Source: Acidobacteriota bacterium
GTDB taxonomy: Bacteria; Acidobacteriota; UBA890; WLXD01
Reading direction: 5' to 3'
DNA length: 64,000 bases
Assembly: GCA_963666055.2 (NCBI GenBank)
Contig: CAXWPH010000012.1
Location: 320,001 to 384,000, forward strand
Positions within the stretch are counted from its first letter, which is position 1. Each line of letters opens with the position of its first letter. Shown here in pieces: positions 49,386-59,572 of the stretch. The position numbers and the translations under genes were made by a program. Below the pieces are notes generated by a model. It was not told the DNA's origin. It was given only the letters and a program-made list of their open reading frames with translations, and searched no databases.

Positions 49386-49799
49386 ATGAGGCGCACGCCG
49401 TCCAGAATTGCGTTGCTGGTGCCCGCCGGCGTCTGCCTAGCGCTCGCGGTCGCTATGGCTGTACAGGTGTCGAACCCACTACGTGAAGATGCCTATTGGC
49501 CGCTGCTCGAGGACGCCCCGAGCCTCGGCGAAGCGGGCTCGCGGGTCGAAGTCTACATAGGAGACCAGCCCCTGTTGCAAGTGGCCGAGGATGGCGAGTT
49601 ACGCCAAGGACCGGGGCATGTTCCGGTTGACCCTGAAGAGCTGAGAATTCGCTTCAACAACTACGAGGGCGTGACTCGCACACAGCTGATGCTGCTTGCT
49701 GCGGCGCTGGGCGCCGGGCTGGCGCTGCTGGTCGCCGGGCTGATGTTGCCTGGGCGCCGCCGGCCTTTGGAGCTCGCCGAGCCGGAGGCGTCGCCATGA
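49386..49799 (+). CDS. Hypothetical two-TM membrane protein
   Basis: Hydrophobic N- and C-terminal helices; ATGA overlap with next gene. Confidence 0.55.
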   Translation: MRRTPSRIALLVPAGVCLALAVAMAVQVSNPLREDAYWPLLEDAPSLGEAGSRVEVYIGDQPLLQVAEDGELRQGPGHVPVDPEELRIRFNNYEGVTRTQLMLLAAALGAGLALLVAGLMLPGRRRPLELAEPEASP

Positions 49800-50494
49800 G
49801 CGAGCGGGCGCGGTTCGGTGCCATCACACTCATGCTCATCGGAGCGCTGATCCTGGGCGTCGTGGTGACAGTGGGCAGCATCCAGGCTGACCTGCTAAGG
49901 CGTGCGCAGGCCGCACTGGCCAGCGCCGGCGTTGCCTACTATGGACTGGAATTCGACGGCCGCGACGCGGTCCTGGGTGGCTTCGTGCCGTCGAGCGACC
50001 AGGCTGAACGCATCGTCGCGATCGTCGGCGCCGTGCCCGGTGTGCGTGCGGTGCGCGACCAGCTCATCGTCGAGCGGGTGATCGAGTCCACTCCCACGCT
50101 GGCTCGCGTAGCGCAGGCCGAACTGCGACTGCAGCGATTGGGCTCGAGGCTCGTCATCTCCGGACGTGTATCAGGCATCGACGCACAGAACCTCGTCGAC
50201 GCCGCCCAACGTACGTTTGGCGCCGGCCGTGTGCGCTCCGACCTGCGCGTCGACACCCAGCTCGAGGCGAGCGATTGGATGCTCGATGTCAGTGCATTGG
50301 TTCGGATCATGAACGCCCTGTCGGATACGGGCCGGCTCAGCGTCCGTGGGGACCAGGCCATCCTCGCCGGTCGCGTGCGCGGCAATGCCGAGCGGCGGCG
50401 CATAGACGAATTGGCGTCGTTGATCCCGGCGCTATGCTGGCGCTTCGAACTGTTCAACGCCCGTGGCGGTACAGCCGGCGGAGGCGACGCGTGA
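49796..50494 (+). CDS. Membrane-anchored BON-domain protein (ArfA/OmpATb N-region-like)
   Basis: TM helix then FDGRDAVLGG...VPGVRAVRDQLIV and a second BON-like repeat. Confidence 0.7.
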   Translation: MSERARFGAITLMLIGALILGVVVTVGSIQADLLRRAQAALASAGVAYYGLEFDGRDAVLGGFVPSSDQAERIVAIVGAVPGVRAVRDQLIVERVIESTPTLARVAQAELRLQRLGSRLVISGRVSGIDAQNLVDAAQRTFGAGRVRSDLRVDTQLEASDWMLDVSALVRIMNALSDTGRLSVRGDQAILAGRVRGNAERRRIDELASLIPALCWRFELFNARGGTAGGGDA

Positions 50495-51807
50495 CCTGGC
50501 TACTGGTACAGATCGGTCTGTGCTTGCTGCTCGCAGCGCTGGCCGGTTGGTTCGTCGGCTGGTCGATGCGAGGGTTTCGGGAGATCGATCAGGTCGAGGA
50601 TCTGCGTCAGACCCTCAGCGCTACGGTCGACGTAAAGGATCGCGAGTTGTCAGAGTCGTCTCGGCAAGTGGAAAGCCTGCGGTCGCGAAGCGACGCGCTA
50701 GAGCGTACGAACCGTAGCCTCGAGGCCAAGCTCGACGAGAAGACATCGAAGGCCCCCCCACCGGAGGCCCCGCCACGGTCGATGCTGGTGCCGCCAGTGC
50801 GTCGAGCGGTGCCCGAGACGATTCCCGAGCGCTCGCGGGGCGGAGCCGCGGTGGAGGTGCTGGAGGACGCTCGGCAGCGGCGGGATGCCCGTAACGACCT
50901 CGCCGGCGAGCGCCGATTGCGCGCCACAGCAGAAACGGAGCTACGCGAGAAAGCGTCAACACTGCTCTCCCTACGCTCGGAGATCGAGAGCCTTCGAGGC
51001 GCCGTCGATGAGCGTGCCGCGCGTATCGTCAAGCTGGAAAGCCGCATGATCGAGCTCGAGCCGCTCGAGGAAAAGCTGCGGCGCAGTGAGGCAAGGGTAG
51101 AGAAGCTTCAGGTGGCGGCAGTGCCTGCGCCTCCTCCGGCGCAGGAGACCACATCAGGTGCGCTGCAAGAGCAACTGAACACGCGCGAGATCCGTATCAA
51201 TGAGCTCCGCGCGCGCGTCAACGACCTGCGCGCCGAGCTCGACACGGCGCGCCACGAGCACCGACGTGCCAACCGAGCGCTCACCGATAGCAACGCCAGC
51301 ACGGCCCGGCTGCAGCACGAACAGGACGAGTCAACGCGCCAGCTTCAGCGACAGATCGAACGCAACCGAAAGCAGGAGTCGGTGCACCGTTCCGTCGTAG
51401 AGAACCTGCACCGCGAGCTCGAAACACTGCGCGGTGAGGCCCGCAACGCACTGTCGATCCGCAAGGAGCTCGAATCAGGCAGGAGTACAGGTACCGACAA
51501 CAGCGAACACTGGCGGGAAGCGCTTGCCGAGCGCGAGTCGCAGATCATCGCGTATCGCCGTCGGCTGGCCGACCTCGAGGAAGAGCAACATCCGCCGCTT
51601 CCAAAATCGGACCACGACGACCTCAAGCTCATCGCAGGGATCGGGCCGGCCTTCGAGCGACTGCTGAGCAAGAACGGGGTCACGCACGTCGCGCAGATCG
51701 CCCAGTGGACCCCCGACGACGTCGAACGCATCGCCAAGGCGCTCGGGACCAACGTCAAGCGAATCGTTCGCGGAAACTGGGTAGAGTCGGCCCGCAAGCT
51801 ACGCTGA
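50491..51807 (+). CDS. Membrane-anchored coiled-coil protein with C-terminal HhH (DUF4332-like) domain
   Basis: WLLVQIGLCLLLAALAGWFVGW anchor; long heptad region; DDLKLIAGIGP...IAQW...WVESA. Confidence 0.72.
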   Translation: MTWLLVQIGLCLLLAALAGWFVGWSMRGFREIDQVEDLRQTLSATVDVKDRELSESSRQVESLRSRSDALERTNRSLEAKLDEKTSKAPPPEAPPRSMLVPPVRRAVPETIPERSRGGAAVEVLEDARQRRDARNDLAGERRLRATAETELREKASTLLSLRSEIESLRGAVDERAARIVKLESRMIELEPLEEKLRRSEARVEKLQVAAVPAPPPAQETTSGALQEQLNTREIRINELRARVNDLRAELDTARHEHRRANRALTDSNASTARLQHEQDESTRQLQRQIERNRKQESVHRSVVENLHRELETLRGEARNALSIRKELESGRSTGTDNSEHWREALAERESQIIAYRRRLADLEEEQHPPLPKSDHDDLKLIAGIGPAFERLLSKNGVTHVAQIAQWTPDDVERIAKALGTNVKRIVRGNWVESARKLR

Positions 51808-53205
51808 TCAGCCGATCTGAGGTCGTAGCAACACGAAGTACGCGGCTAACACTAGTGCCAGCAGGCGGGACATCCAGTTCGCCTCGTGGCCGCGCCCGGT
51901 CGACAACTTGAGAATCGGATAGGCGATCAGCCCGAGCGCGATGCCGTCGGCGATCGAGTAGGTAAGCGGAATGCCGATCAGGGTCAAAAAGGCCGGAAGC
52001 GCTTCGGTGGCATCGTCCCACTCGATCGTGGTCACGGCGCGCATCATCAGAGCACCGACGATCAGTAGCACCGGCGCCGTGATCGGCGGATAGCTACCGA
52101 TCATGGCGATAAGGGGCGTCAGCGGCAACGCCAGCAGGAACAGGCCCGCCGCGACGACCGCAGTCAGGCCGGTGCGGCCCCCCTGCTCCACGCCGGCGGC
52201 ACTCTCGACGTAGCTCGTCACCGTGCTTGTGCCGAGAACTGCACCCGCCACGGTGCCGATCGCGTCCGATATCAGGGCCCTACCGGATCTCAATAGCTGG
52301 CCGCCGCGCATGAGACGAGCGCGCTGCGCCACCGCCACCAACGTTCCGATGGTGTCAAACAAGTCCATGAACAGCACCAGCACCACCAACGGCAGCAGTT
52401 CCCACGACAGAGCCGCCGCCAGGTCCAGTCGCAAGAATGTCGGCGCGATCGATGGCGGGGATGCCATCAGCCGGTCGGCGACCTCGAACCGGGTCATGAG
52501 CATCGAGGTTGCATGCGTCCCCCCGGCAGCCGACAACAAGGAACGCGTCACCACGGCGGCGACGAGCGTCGCGCCCATGCCCAGCAGGAGCGCCGCCGGG
52601 ACCCGCCGGGCATAGAGGATTGAGGTCACCGTCAGGCGGAAGAAGAACAGCAGGCTGTCAGGCGAGTCTAGAGCCGCCGTGAGTGACACCGCCGTTCCCG
52701 GGTCGCGTACTATCACCGACGCGTTTTGCAGGCCGACGAAGGCGATGAAGATGCCAATCCCGGCGCCGATGGCGCTCTTCATCGATGTGCTCAACGCCTC
52801 GATCATCAGCTGCCGCACACCAAGCACCGACAGTACGAGGAACAGCACGCCGGCGACAAATATCACTCCCAGCGCGGCTCGCCAGGGCTCCGGATGGCCG
52901 GTCGCCGCGGCCGCTGGAATGATCGACAGCACGAAGAAGAAGTTCTGCCCCATTCCCGGAGCTTGCGCGACTGGAAAGCGCGCATACAGGCCCATGACAC
53001 CGGTTGCCAGTGCCGCAGCGAGACAGGTGGCCACCGTTACCGCACCGAAGTCCATGCCGGTGGGCGAACCGGTCAGCGCGCCGCTGAGAACCGCCGGCTG
53101 AAGAAAAATGATGTACGCCATCGTGACGAACGTCGTCGACCCGGCGACGACCTCCGTGCGTACGCTCGTACCTGCGGCCTTTAGCCCGAAGAACCGTTCC
53201 AACAT
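51808..53205 (-). CDS. NCS2/AzgA-family purine permease
   Basis: TEVVAGSTTFVTMAYI, APGMG, FDTIGTL, TSYVESAAGV..GGRTGLT, PLTYSIADG. Confidence 0.92.
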   Translation of the reverse strand: MLERFFGLKAAGTSVRTEVVAGSTTFVTMAYIIFLQPAVLSGALTGSPTGMDFGAVTVATCLAAALATGVMGLYARFPVAQAPGMGQNFFFVLSIIPAAAATGHPEPWRAALGVIFVAGVLFLVLSVLGVRQLMIEALSTSMKSAIGAGIGIFIAFVGLQNASVIVRDPGTAVSLTAALDSPDSLLFFFRLTVTSILYARRVPAALLLGMGATLVAAVVTRSLLSAAGGTHATSMLMTRFEVADRLMASPPSIAPTFLRLDLAAALSWELLPLVVLVLFMDLFDTIGTLVAVAQRARLMRGGQLLRSGRALISDAIGTVAGAVLGTSTVTSYVESAAGVEQGGRTGLTAVVAAGLFLLALPLTPLIAMIGSYPPITAPVLLIVGALMMRAVTTIEWDDATEALPAFLTLIGIPLTYSIADGIALGLIAYPILKLSTGRGHEANWMSRLLALVLAAYFVLLRPQIG

Positions 53206-53298
53206 GGCGACCTGCGTACGTCTTCCCCACAGTCAAGCAGGGCGCCATGGTAGTGCAGCCGCTAGTTGGGGGCCATGCGTGCGCGCTGGCCCTACTAG

Positions 53299-53569
53299 CA
53301 GGCCGTGGTAAAAGTGTGGCGGGCCTGGTTACGGCGAGTTGGGGCCAGATGGAAGACGGCCTGACGCGGGCGATGCCCTAGCCATCGTCGAGGAAGGCCA
53401 ACGCCACAGATGGCCCCAAATCGTCGTAACCCTTCGGGCGACAGGGGGTTGCGCGCATATGCTACGTCGTTCGTTGTCAACGATGGGGTACCCATCGCCT
53501 CCTCCTCTCTCCTTGCCTCCACCTCGCAAGACCCTGTCGCCAGGCCCGCCGAACTTTTACCACGGCCTG
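53299..53569 (-). mobile_element. 271-bp MITE-like repeat, copy 3 (inverted orientation)
   Basis: 30-bp TIR with 2 mismatches, CTAG flanks; the right CTAG supplies the TAG stop of the Pal-like gene. Confidence 0.88.
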
Positions 53570-54163
53570 CTAGCGACCTCTCGCGGTAATCACGAACTCG
53601 TCGCGCCGGTTGGCGGCCCAGGCGGCATTATTGTGCCCGGGGTTGGCCGGAAGCTCCTCTCCGTACGACACCACCTCGATCCTCGATGCGGCGATACCAC
53701 GCGAGACCAGGTAGTCACGGGCCGCCTCGGCACGTCGTTGCCCGAGGGCCAGGTTGTAGCTAGGCGAGCCGCGCTCATCGGCGTGACCCTCGACAACGAT
53801 GGCGGCGTCGGGAACCCGGGCCAGCCACTCGATGTTGGCGTCGAGCGCCGCCATCTGATCGGCATCAATATCGGCCCGATCGAAGGTAAAGTAAATCGGC
53901 TGCAAGACACCCATGCGGTTGAGCTCTGCGGCGCTCAACCCGTCGTACGTAGCCTCCGCGGGCAGCCAGTCATCGGTTTCTAAGGCGACCTCGGGACGCA
54001 TGTAGGCGATCTCTACGGGTACGGGCCGAGTCATCGCCGGACCTTCGATGCGCCCGTCCGGCCAGGTACCGCGTACAACCGAGCGGCCCGGCGCGCAACC
54101 TGCCGCTGCCGTGATGGCGACAAGCGCCGCCGCCGAAACCATGTGCCTGGCGTGATCTCTCAT
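53570..54163 (-). CDS. OmpA/Pal-family peptidoglycan-associated lipoprotein
   Basis: AAGC lipobox; IYFTFD, EGHADERGS..YNLALGQRRA, VSYGEE.P, NRR. Confidence 0.88.
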   Translation of the reverse strand: MRDHARHMVSAAALVAITAAAGCAPGRSVVRGTWPDGRIEGPAMTRPVPVEIAYMRPEVALETDDWLPAEATYDGLSAAELNRMGVLQPIYFTFDRADIDADQMAALDANIEWLARVPDAAIVVEGHADERGSPSYNLALGQRRAEAARDYLVSRGIAASRIEVVSYGEELPANPGHNNAAWAANRRDEFVITARGR

Positions 54164-54503
54164 TGTCGCTCTCCTGGACGGCGTCGCGATTGCTACAGGT
54201 CGTGAGACGGGGTACTGCTGGCGTTCGGCATGGTTCCCGCTTGCGCCCATGTTGGGTCGCGCCGGCGGCGGCGACCAGACCAACCGCATGGCGCTCCTCA
54301 AGCGCGTGGACAGGAGCGGCAACCGACGGGCTGGGGCGACAGCGACCCGCGGCGGCTGCGACCAGCGCCAGGACGCGATACACAGGTCCGGGGCCAGCGG
54401 CCGGGCTGGCCGAAGGGGATGTTCGGTTGATATGCGCCGGAGAATGGCGTACGTAGGGGGTGCACAGGGTTGTTTCCATCGAAATTCGCCCGGAGGTAGC
54501 TCA

Positions 54504-55067
54504 ATGACCGATTCCGACGCTCAAGAGCCCGCAGCGCAACCTGATCCACCAGCGTCGACGGGTGACGCCACCGCGCCCGACGTTCAGGAGCCCGCCGCAC
54601 AGCCCGATCCACCCGCGTCAACGGGTGACGCTACCGCTTCCGACGCCAAAGCGGATATCGGCAAGCGTATTGTCGCCGTGTTGATCGATAGCGCCATCGC
54701 GTTCGCCATCGGTTTCATACCAGGGATCGGGTCATTGATCGGCGCCGCGTACATGGTGCTTCGAGACGGCATGGAATTCGATTTCATGAACCATCGTTCG
54801 ATCGGCAAGCACGTCATGAAACTCCACCTGCAGTCTGTCGACGGAGCCTCGCTTGATATCACGACATCGCTCAAGCGCAACTGGATGTTCGCGCTCGCGC
54901 CACTGGTGCCACTGTTAATCATAACGATCGTCGGATGGGTGCTCGTGCCGTTCGTTCTACTGGCGGCGTTGGCATTGATGGTGACCGAGTTGGTTCTCGT
55001 GCTCACGGACGCGGAAGGACGCCGGCTGGGAGACAAGATGGCCGGCACGAAGGTCGTCGAGGACTGA
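54504..55067 (+). CDS. RDD-family membrane protein with N-terminal 21-aa tandem repeat
   Basis: KRIVAVLID, SIGK, RRLGDKMAGTKVV. Confidence 0.85.
   Translation: MTDSDAQEPAAQPDPPASTGDATAPDVQEPAAQPDPPASTGDATASDAKADIGKRIVAVLIDSAIAFAIGFIPGIGSLIGAAYMVLRDGMEFDFMNHRSIGKHVMKLHLQSVDGASLDITTSLKRNWMFALAPLVPLLIITIVGWVLVPFVLLAALALMVTELVLVLTDAEGRRLGDKMAGTKVVED
54514..54639 (+). repeat. Two 63-bp tandem units encoding D(A/V)QEPAAQPDPPASTGDATA(P/S)
   Basis: Direct alignment of 54514-54576 with 54577-54639; differences mostly synonymous. Confidence 0.85.
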
Positions 55068-55190
55068 TTCTCGCTTTTAATTTGCGGAACCTTCTGCGCC
55101 TCGCGTGCGTCTAATTCAACGAGGCTTTCGGGTGTCCTGTCTCGCGTTCGCGGCTCCGGACACCCGCCACCCCGTGTGAAGGAGCATCCG

Positions 55191-55886
55191 ATGTCTGGTG
55201 AGCCGCTGATCAAGATGGAGGAGATCACCAAGGTCTTCGTAACCGAGGAAGTTGAGACGCACGCCTTGTCGGAGGTCTCGTTCGACATCGCACCTGGCGA
55301 GTTTGTGTCGATCGCCGGTCCGTCCGGCTCTGGCAAGACGACGCTGCTTTCCATCCTCGGGCTGCTCGACACACCCACCGGTGGCAGCTACCTGCTCAAC
55401 GCCAACGACGCCTCCAACTTCACCGCCTCCGAGCGCGCCCGAGTGCGCAACCGTGAGATCGGCTTTATTTTCCAGAGCTTCAACCTCATCGGCGACCTCA
55501 ACGTGTACGAGAACGTCGAGCTACCGCTCACCTACCGCGGCATGGCCTCTGCGGAGCGTCGCGAGCGCACCAACGCCTCGCTCGACCGGGTCGGCATGAC
55601 GCATCGCGCCAAGCACATGCCCAGCCAGCTTTCCGGTGGTCAGCAGCAGCGCGTCGCCGTGGCTCGTGCCGTCGTTGGTGATCCTTCCATTCTGCTGGCC
55701 GATGAGCCCACCGGTAACCTCGACTCTGGCAATGCCGCCGCCGTCATGGACCTGATGGCCGAGCTCCATCAGGGCGGCGCCACTATCTGCATGGTCACCC
55801 ACGACCCCAGGTGGTCCGAGCACGCTCAGCGCACCATCCACCTGTTCGACGGCATGGTCGTTGACGAGCAGGTCGCCGTCGTCTGA
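55191..55886 (+). CDS. MacB/LolD-type ABC ATPase
   Basis: GPSGSGKTT, RNREIGFIFQSFNL, LSGGQQQRVA, LADEPTGNLD, MVTHD. Confidence 0.93.
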   Translation: MSGEPLIKMEEITKVFVTEEVETHALSEVSFDIAPGEFVSIAGPSGSGKTTLLSILGLLDTPTGGSYLLNANDASNFTASERARVRNREIGFIFQSFNLIGDLNVYENVELPLTYRGMASAERRERTNASLDRVGMTHRAKHMPSQLSGGQQQRVAVARAVVGDPSILLADEPTGNLDSGNAAAVMDLMAELHQGGATICMVTHDPRWSEHAQRTIHLFDGMVVDEQVAVV

Positions 55887-55946
55887 GCCAACACCAGCGG
55901 CGAGTCGGCTCTACAGCATCGGCAGGGCGTGGCAGAATCTCGCGCC

Positions 55947-56780
55947 ATGCTGAGCACCTCGTCCGAAGAGCCGACAAGCGGCTATCTGATCCCCATAGGC
56001 GGCGCCGAGAAGAAGGCGCGTGACCCGGTAATCCTCAGTCGCTTCGTCGAGATGTGCGGCGGGCGCGACGCGCGTATCGTCGTGGTGCCGACCGCCTCCA
56101 AGATGCGTACGACGGGGCCGCGGTACGCGCGCATCTTTACCGAGCTCGGCGCCGGTAACGCTACCTCACTGCCGTTCGCCGATCGCGCCGACTGCAATCG
56201 CGCCGATTGGCTACGCGTCATCGCCGAGGCGACCGGCATCTTTCTCACCGGCGGCTCGCAGCTACGGCTGAGTCGAACGCTCGGTGGAACACCGGTAACT
56301 AGCGCGTTGAGAGCAGCATCGAACCGCGGCGTCCACATCGCCGGCACCTCGGCGGGCGCAAGCTATCTTTCCGAGCACATGATCGCTTTCGGTGAGAAGG
56401 GCGCCTCACCCCGCACCCACATGGTGGCGCTGGCGTCGGGAATCGGCCTCACCCGCGACTTCACTATCGATCAACACTTCCGCGAGCGCGACCGACTCGG
56501 TCGCCTGCTAACCGTACTGGCATACAACCCCTCCATCGTCGGCATGGGACTCGACGAGAACACCGCCGCCTTCATCGCGCCGGACCGGACCATGCAGATC
56601 GTTGGTACCGGATCGTGCACTCTGGTCGACGGCTCCGATCTCGAGCACTCATCGGTGGGAGAGCAAGCCGGCGATCCGGTCTGTCTGCTCGGTGTGCGCC
56701 TGCACATACTGTTGCATGGCTGCACGTACGACATACAGACTCGAAGCCCGCTTCCGCCGAGGGAGACACAGAGCCGATGA
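55947..56780 (+). CDS. cphB: Cyanophycinase
   Basis: IGGAE, PTAS, TGGSQLRL, AGTSAGA, DQHFRERDRLGRL, GLDENT. Confidence 0.93.
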   Translation: MLSTSSEEPTSGYLIPIGGAEKKARDPVILSRFVEMCGGRDARIVVVPTASKMRTTGPRYARIFTELGAGNATSLPFADRADCNRADWLRVIAEATGIFLTGGSQLRLSRTLGGTPVTSALRAASNRGVHIAGTSAGASYLSEHMIAFGEKGASPRTHMVALASGIGLTRDFTIDQHFRERDRLGRLLTVLAYNPSIVGMGLDENTAAFIAPDRTMQIVGTGSCTLVDGSDLEHSSVGEQAGDPVCLLGVRLHILLHGCTYDIQTRSPLPPRETQSR

Positions 56781-59569
56781 AAATTCTCGATTCGCGCGTC
56801 TATCTGGGTCCGAGCCTCTACGCCCACTTTCCGGTGATCCAGATGACGGTCGATCTGGGCAACCTCGAGCAATGGCCCAGCGCTCGGCTCGGGGAGGGGT
56901 TCATCGATGCGCTGCTCGGCGCGCTGCCCGGCCTAGCCGACCACGGCTGCTCCTATCGCCAGCCCGGGGGCTTCGAGCGGCGGCTTCGCGAGGACGAAGG
57001 TACCTGGATGGGCCACATATTCGAGCACTGCGCCCTCGAGGTCCAAAACGTCGCCGGCAGCCACGTGACCTTCGGCCGCACCCGAGCCCTCGACAACGAG
57101 GCCGGCGTCTACGGCGTTGTGTATGAGTACGAGCAAGAGGACGTGGGACGCGCGGCCGGTGATCTGGCGCTCACACTGTTGCACAGCTTGCTGCCCGAAG
57201 AGCTACAGCCGCCGGGTGCTGTCCCCGCCGACTTCAATTTCGCCGACGAACGTGACCAGCTGATCCGCTGGGCGCAAAGGCGCGCCCTGGGGCCCAGTAC
57301 GGCGGCGCTGGTGCGGGCGGCGGAGGAACGCGACATTCCCTGGATCCGGCTCAACAACCAGAGCCTGGTGCAGTTCGGTTTCGGACGCTACCAGAAGCGC
57401 ATCCAGGCGACGATCACCAGCGAGACCCGCCACATCGCGGTCGAGATCTCGTCCGACAAGGAAGAGACCAACAAGATCCTCTCGGGCCTCGGCTTGCCGG
57501 TGCCGAAGCAGCGCCTGGTGCGCTCATCGGAGTCCGCCGTGCGCGCTGCAGAGCACATCGGCTACCCGGTAGTGGTGAAACCGTACAACGCCAACCACGG
57601 GCGAGGCGTTTCGATCGACTTGCGCGATGCCGAGCAGGTGGCCGCGGCGGTCGATCAAGCACAAGAGCACACCCGCAGCGTGCTGGTCGAGAGTTTCATC
57701 ACCGGCCTCGATCACCGTCTGGCAGTGGTCAACGGAGAGCTGGTGGCCGCCGCCAAGCGCATGCCCGCGCACGTAGTCGGCGACGGTATCCATACCATCG
57801 AGGAGCTCGTCGACAAGGTAAACGAAGACCCGCGGAGAGGTATCGGTCACGAGAAGGTCTTGACCCGCATCGAGTTCAGCCATCAGTCCGACCGCCTGTT
57901 GGCTCAGAGCAATTACCGCCGAACGAGCGTGCCGCCCAGCGACCAGATCGTCTACCTGTGTGCAACCGCCAACCTGTCGACCGGCGGCACCGCGATCGAC
58001 GTTACCGATATCGTGCATCCGGACAACCGCGAGATGGCAGTGCGTGCCGCCGGCGCCATCGGGCTGGACGTGGCCGGCGTGGACTTCCTCACCGACGACA
58101 TCTCGAAGTCGTACAAGGAGTCCGGCGGGGCTATCTGTGAGATCAACGCCGCCCCCGGCTTTCGAATGCACGTTTCTCCCAGCGAGGGTAAGCCACGCGA
58201 CGTCGCCGGTGCGGTGATCGACATGTTGTTTCCGGCGGGCAGCGCGAGTCGTGTGCCGATCACGGCAATCACCGGGACCAACGGCAAGACCACCACGGCA
58301 CGCATGCTCGCGCACATCCTCAAGTTATCCGGAAGCCGGGTCGGGCTGACGTCGACCGATGGCGTCTACATCGACGGCCAGCTCAGCGTCAAGGGCGACA
58401 TGACCGGACCGGTGGCGGCACGCATGGTGCTGCGTGACCCTGCCATCGACGTGGCAGTGCTCGAGACGGCTCGCGGCGGACTACTGCGCGCCGGCATGGG
58501 GTATCGCCGCTGCGATGTGGCCTGCTGCCTGAACGTGGAGGAAGACCACCTCGGCATGCATGGCATCGACACCCTGGAGCAACTCGCCGAGGTCAAGCGA
58601 ATCCCCATCGAGGTAGCGGCGGTCGCAGCGGTGTTGAATGCCGACGACCCCCACTGTTTGCGGATGGCGGATTACACGGAGGCCGAGCAGATCTGCTACG
58701 TCACTATGAGTCGCGAGCACACCCTGGTTAAGGCACACATCCGTGCCGGCGGCCAGGCGGTAGTGCTCGAAGAGGGCATGCACGGCCACATGATCGCACT
58801 CTATGACGGCGGCACCCACGTACCACTGTTGTGGACCTACTTGATCCCCGCAACCCTCGACGGACGCGCCATGCACAACGTGCAGAACGCCATGTTCGCG
58901 GCGGCGTTGGCCCACTGCCTGCACGTCGGCCTCGACAACATCAAGCAGGGTCTGAAGACGTTCGATACGACCTTCTTCCAGGCCCCGGGGCGCATGAATA
59001 TCTTCGACGAGCACCCGTTCAGGGTGATCCTCGACTACGGGCACAACCCGGCTGCGGTGCGCGCCATGTGTGATCTGGTCAGCCGCCTCGATCGCAAGGG
59101 CAAGGCAATCTGCGTCCTGGCAGCACCCGGGGATCGTCGCGACAAAGACGTCCGCCGGATTGCACAGATCGCCGCGCCCCATTTCGACAAGTTCTTCTGC
59201 AGGCGCGATGATCGGCTACGCGGACGCGGCACCGACGAGATCCCACAGCTACTCGCCGACACCCTGAAGTCGTCGGGAGTCGCGGACGAAGCCATACGCG
59301 TGATTCCTGACGAGGCCGAATCCGTCGATGCGGCGCTGCGTAGCGCCGCCTCCGGCGATCTCCTCCTCGTCTTCGCCGACAACTTGTCCCGTTGTTGGAA
59401 CCAGATCATCCACTTCGAGCCCTCCGCTGCGGCCGAGCCGTCGACGGTTCCGGTGGCCGCACCGATTGATCTTCCCGAGGTGCCCGTGAGCTTGCTTACG
59501 GGTGACGAACGACTCATCCGGGACGAACGCGGCGTGCGGCTGGCGCGCGAGGTCGAAGAGGCAGACTGA
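56777..59569 (+). CDS. cphA: Cyanophycin synthetase (CphA1)
   Basis: N domain HGCS...GHIFEH, LGPST, KP..ANHGRGV, NLSTGG, EINAAPG, TGTNGKTTT, ETARGG, PGRMN, DYGHN. Confidence 0.95.
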   Translation: MKILDSRVYLGPSLYAHFPVIQMTVDLGNLEQWPSARLGEGFIDALLGALPGLADHGCSYRQPGGFERRLREDEGTWMGHIFEHCALEVQNVAGSHVTFGRTRALDNEAGVYGVVYEYEQEDVGRAAGDLALTLLHSLLPEELQPPGAVPADFNFADERDQLIRWAQRRALGPSTAALVRAAEERDIPWIRLNNQSLVQFGFGRYQKRIQATITSETRHIAVEISSDKEETNKILSGLGLPVPKQRLVRSSESAVRAAEHIGYPVVVKPYNANHGRGVSIDLRDAEQVAAAVDQAQEHTRSVLVESFITGLDHRLAVVNGELVAAAKRMPAHVVGDGIHTIEELVDKVNEDPRRGIGHEKVLTRIEFSHQSDRLLAQSNYRRTSVPPSDQIVYLCATANLSTGGTAIDVTDIVHPDNREMAVRAAGAIGLDVAGVDFLTDDISKSYKESGGAICEINAAPGFRMHVSPSEGKPRDVAGAVIDMLFPAGSASRVPITAITGTNGKTTTARMLAHILKLSGSRVGLTSTDGVYIDGQLSVKGDMTGPVAARMVLRDPAIDVAVLETARGGLLRAGMGYRRCDVACCLNVEEDHLGMHGIDTLEQLAEVKRIPIEVAAVAAVLNADDPHCLRMADYTEAEQICYVTMSREHTLVKAHIRAGGQAVVLEEGMHGHMIALYDGGTHVPLLWTYLIPATLDGRAMHNVQNAMFAAALAHCLHVGLDNIKQGLKTFDTTFFQAPGRMNIFDEHPFRVILDYGHNPAAVRAMCDLVSRLDRKGKAICVLAAPGDRRDKDVRRIAQIAAPHFDKFFCRRDDRLRGRGTDEIPQLLADTLKSSGVADEAIRVIPDEAESVDAALRSAASGDLLLVFADNLSRCWNQIIHFEPSAAAEPSTVPVAAPIDLPEVPVSLLTGDERLIRDERGVRLAREVEEAD

Positions 59570-59572
59570 GGC

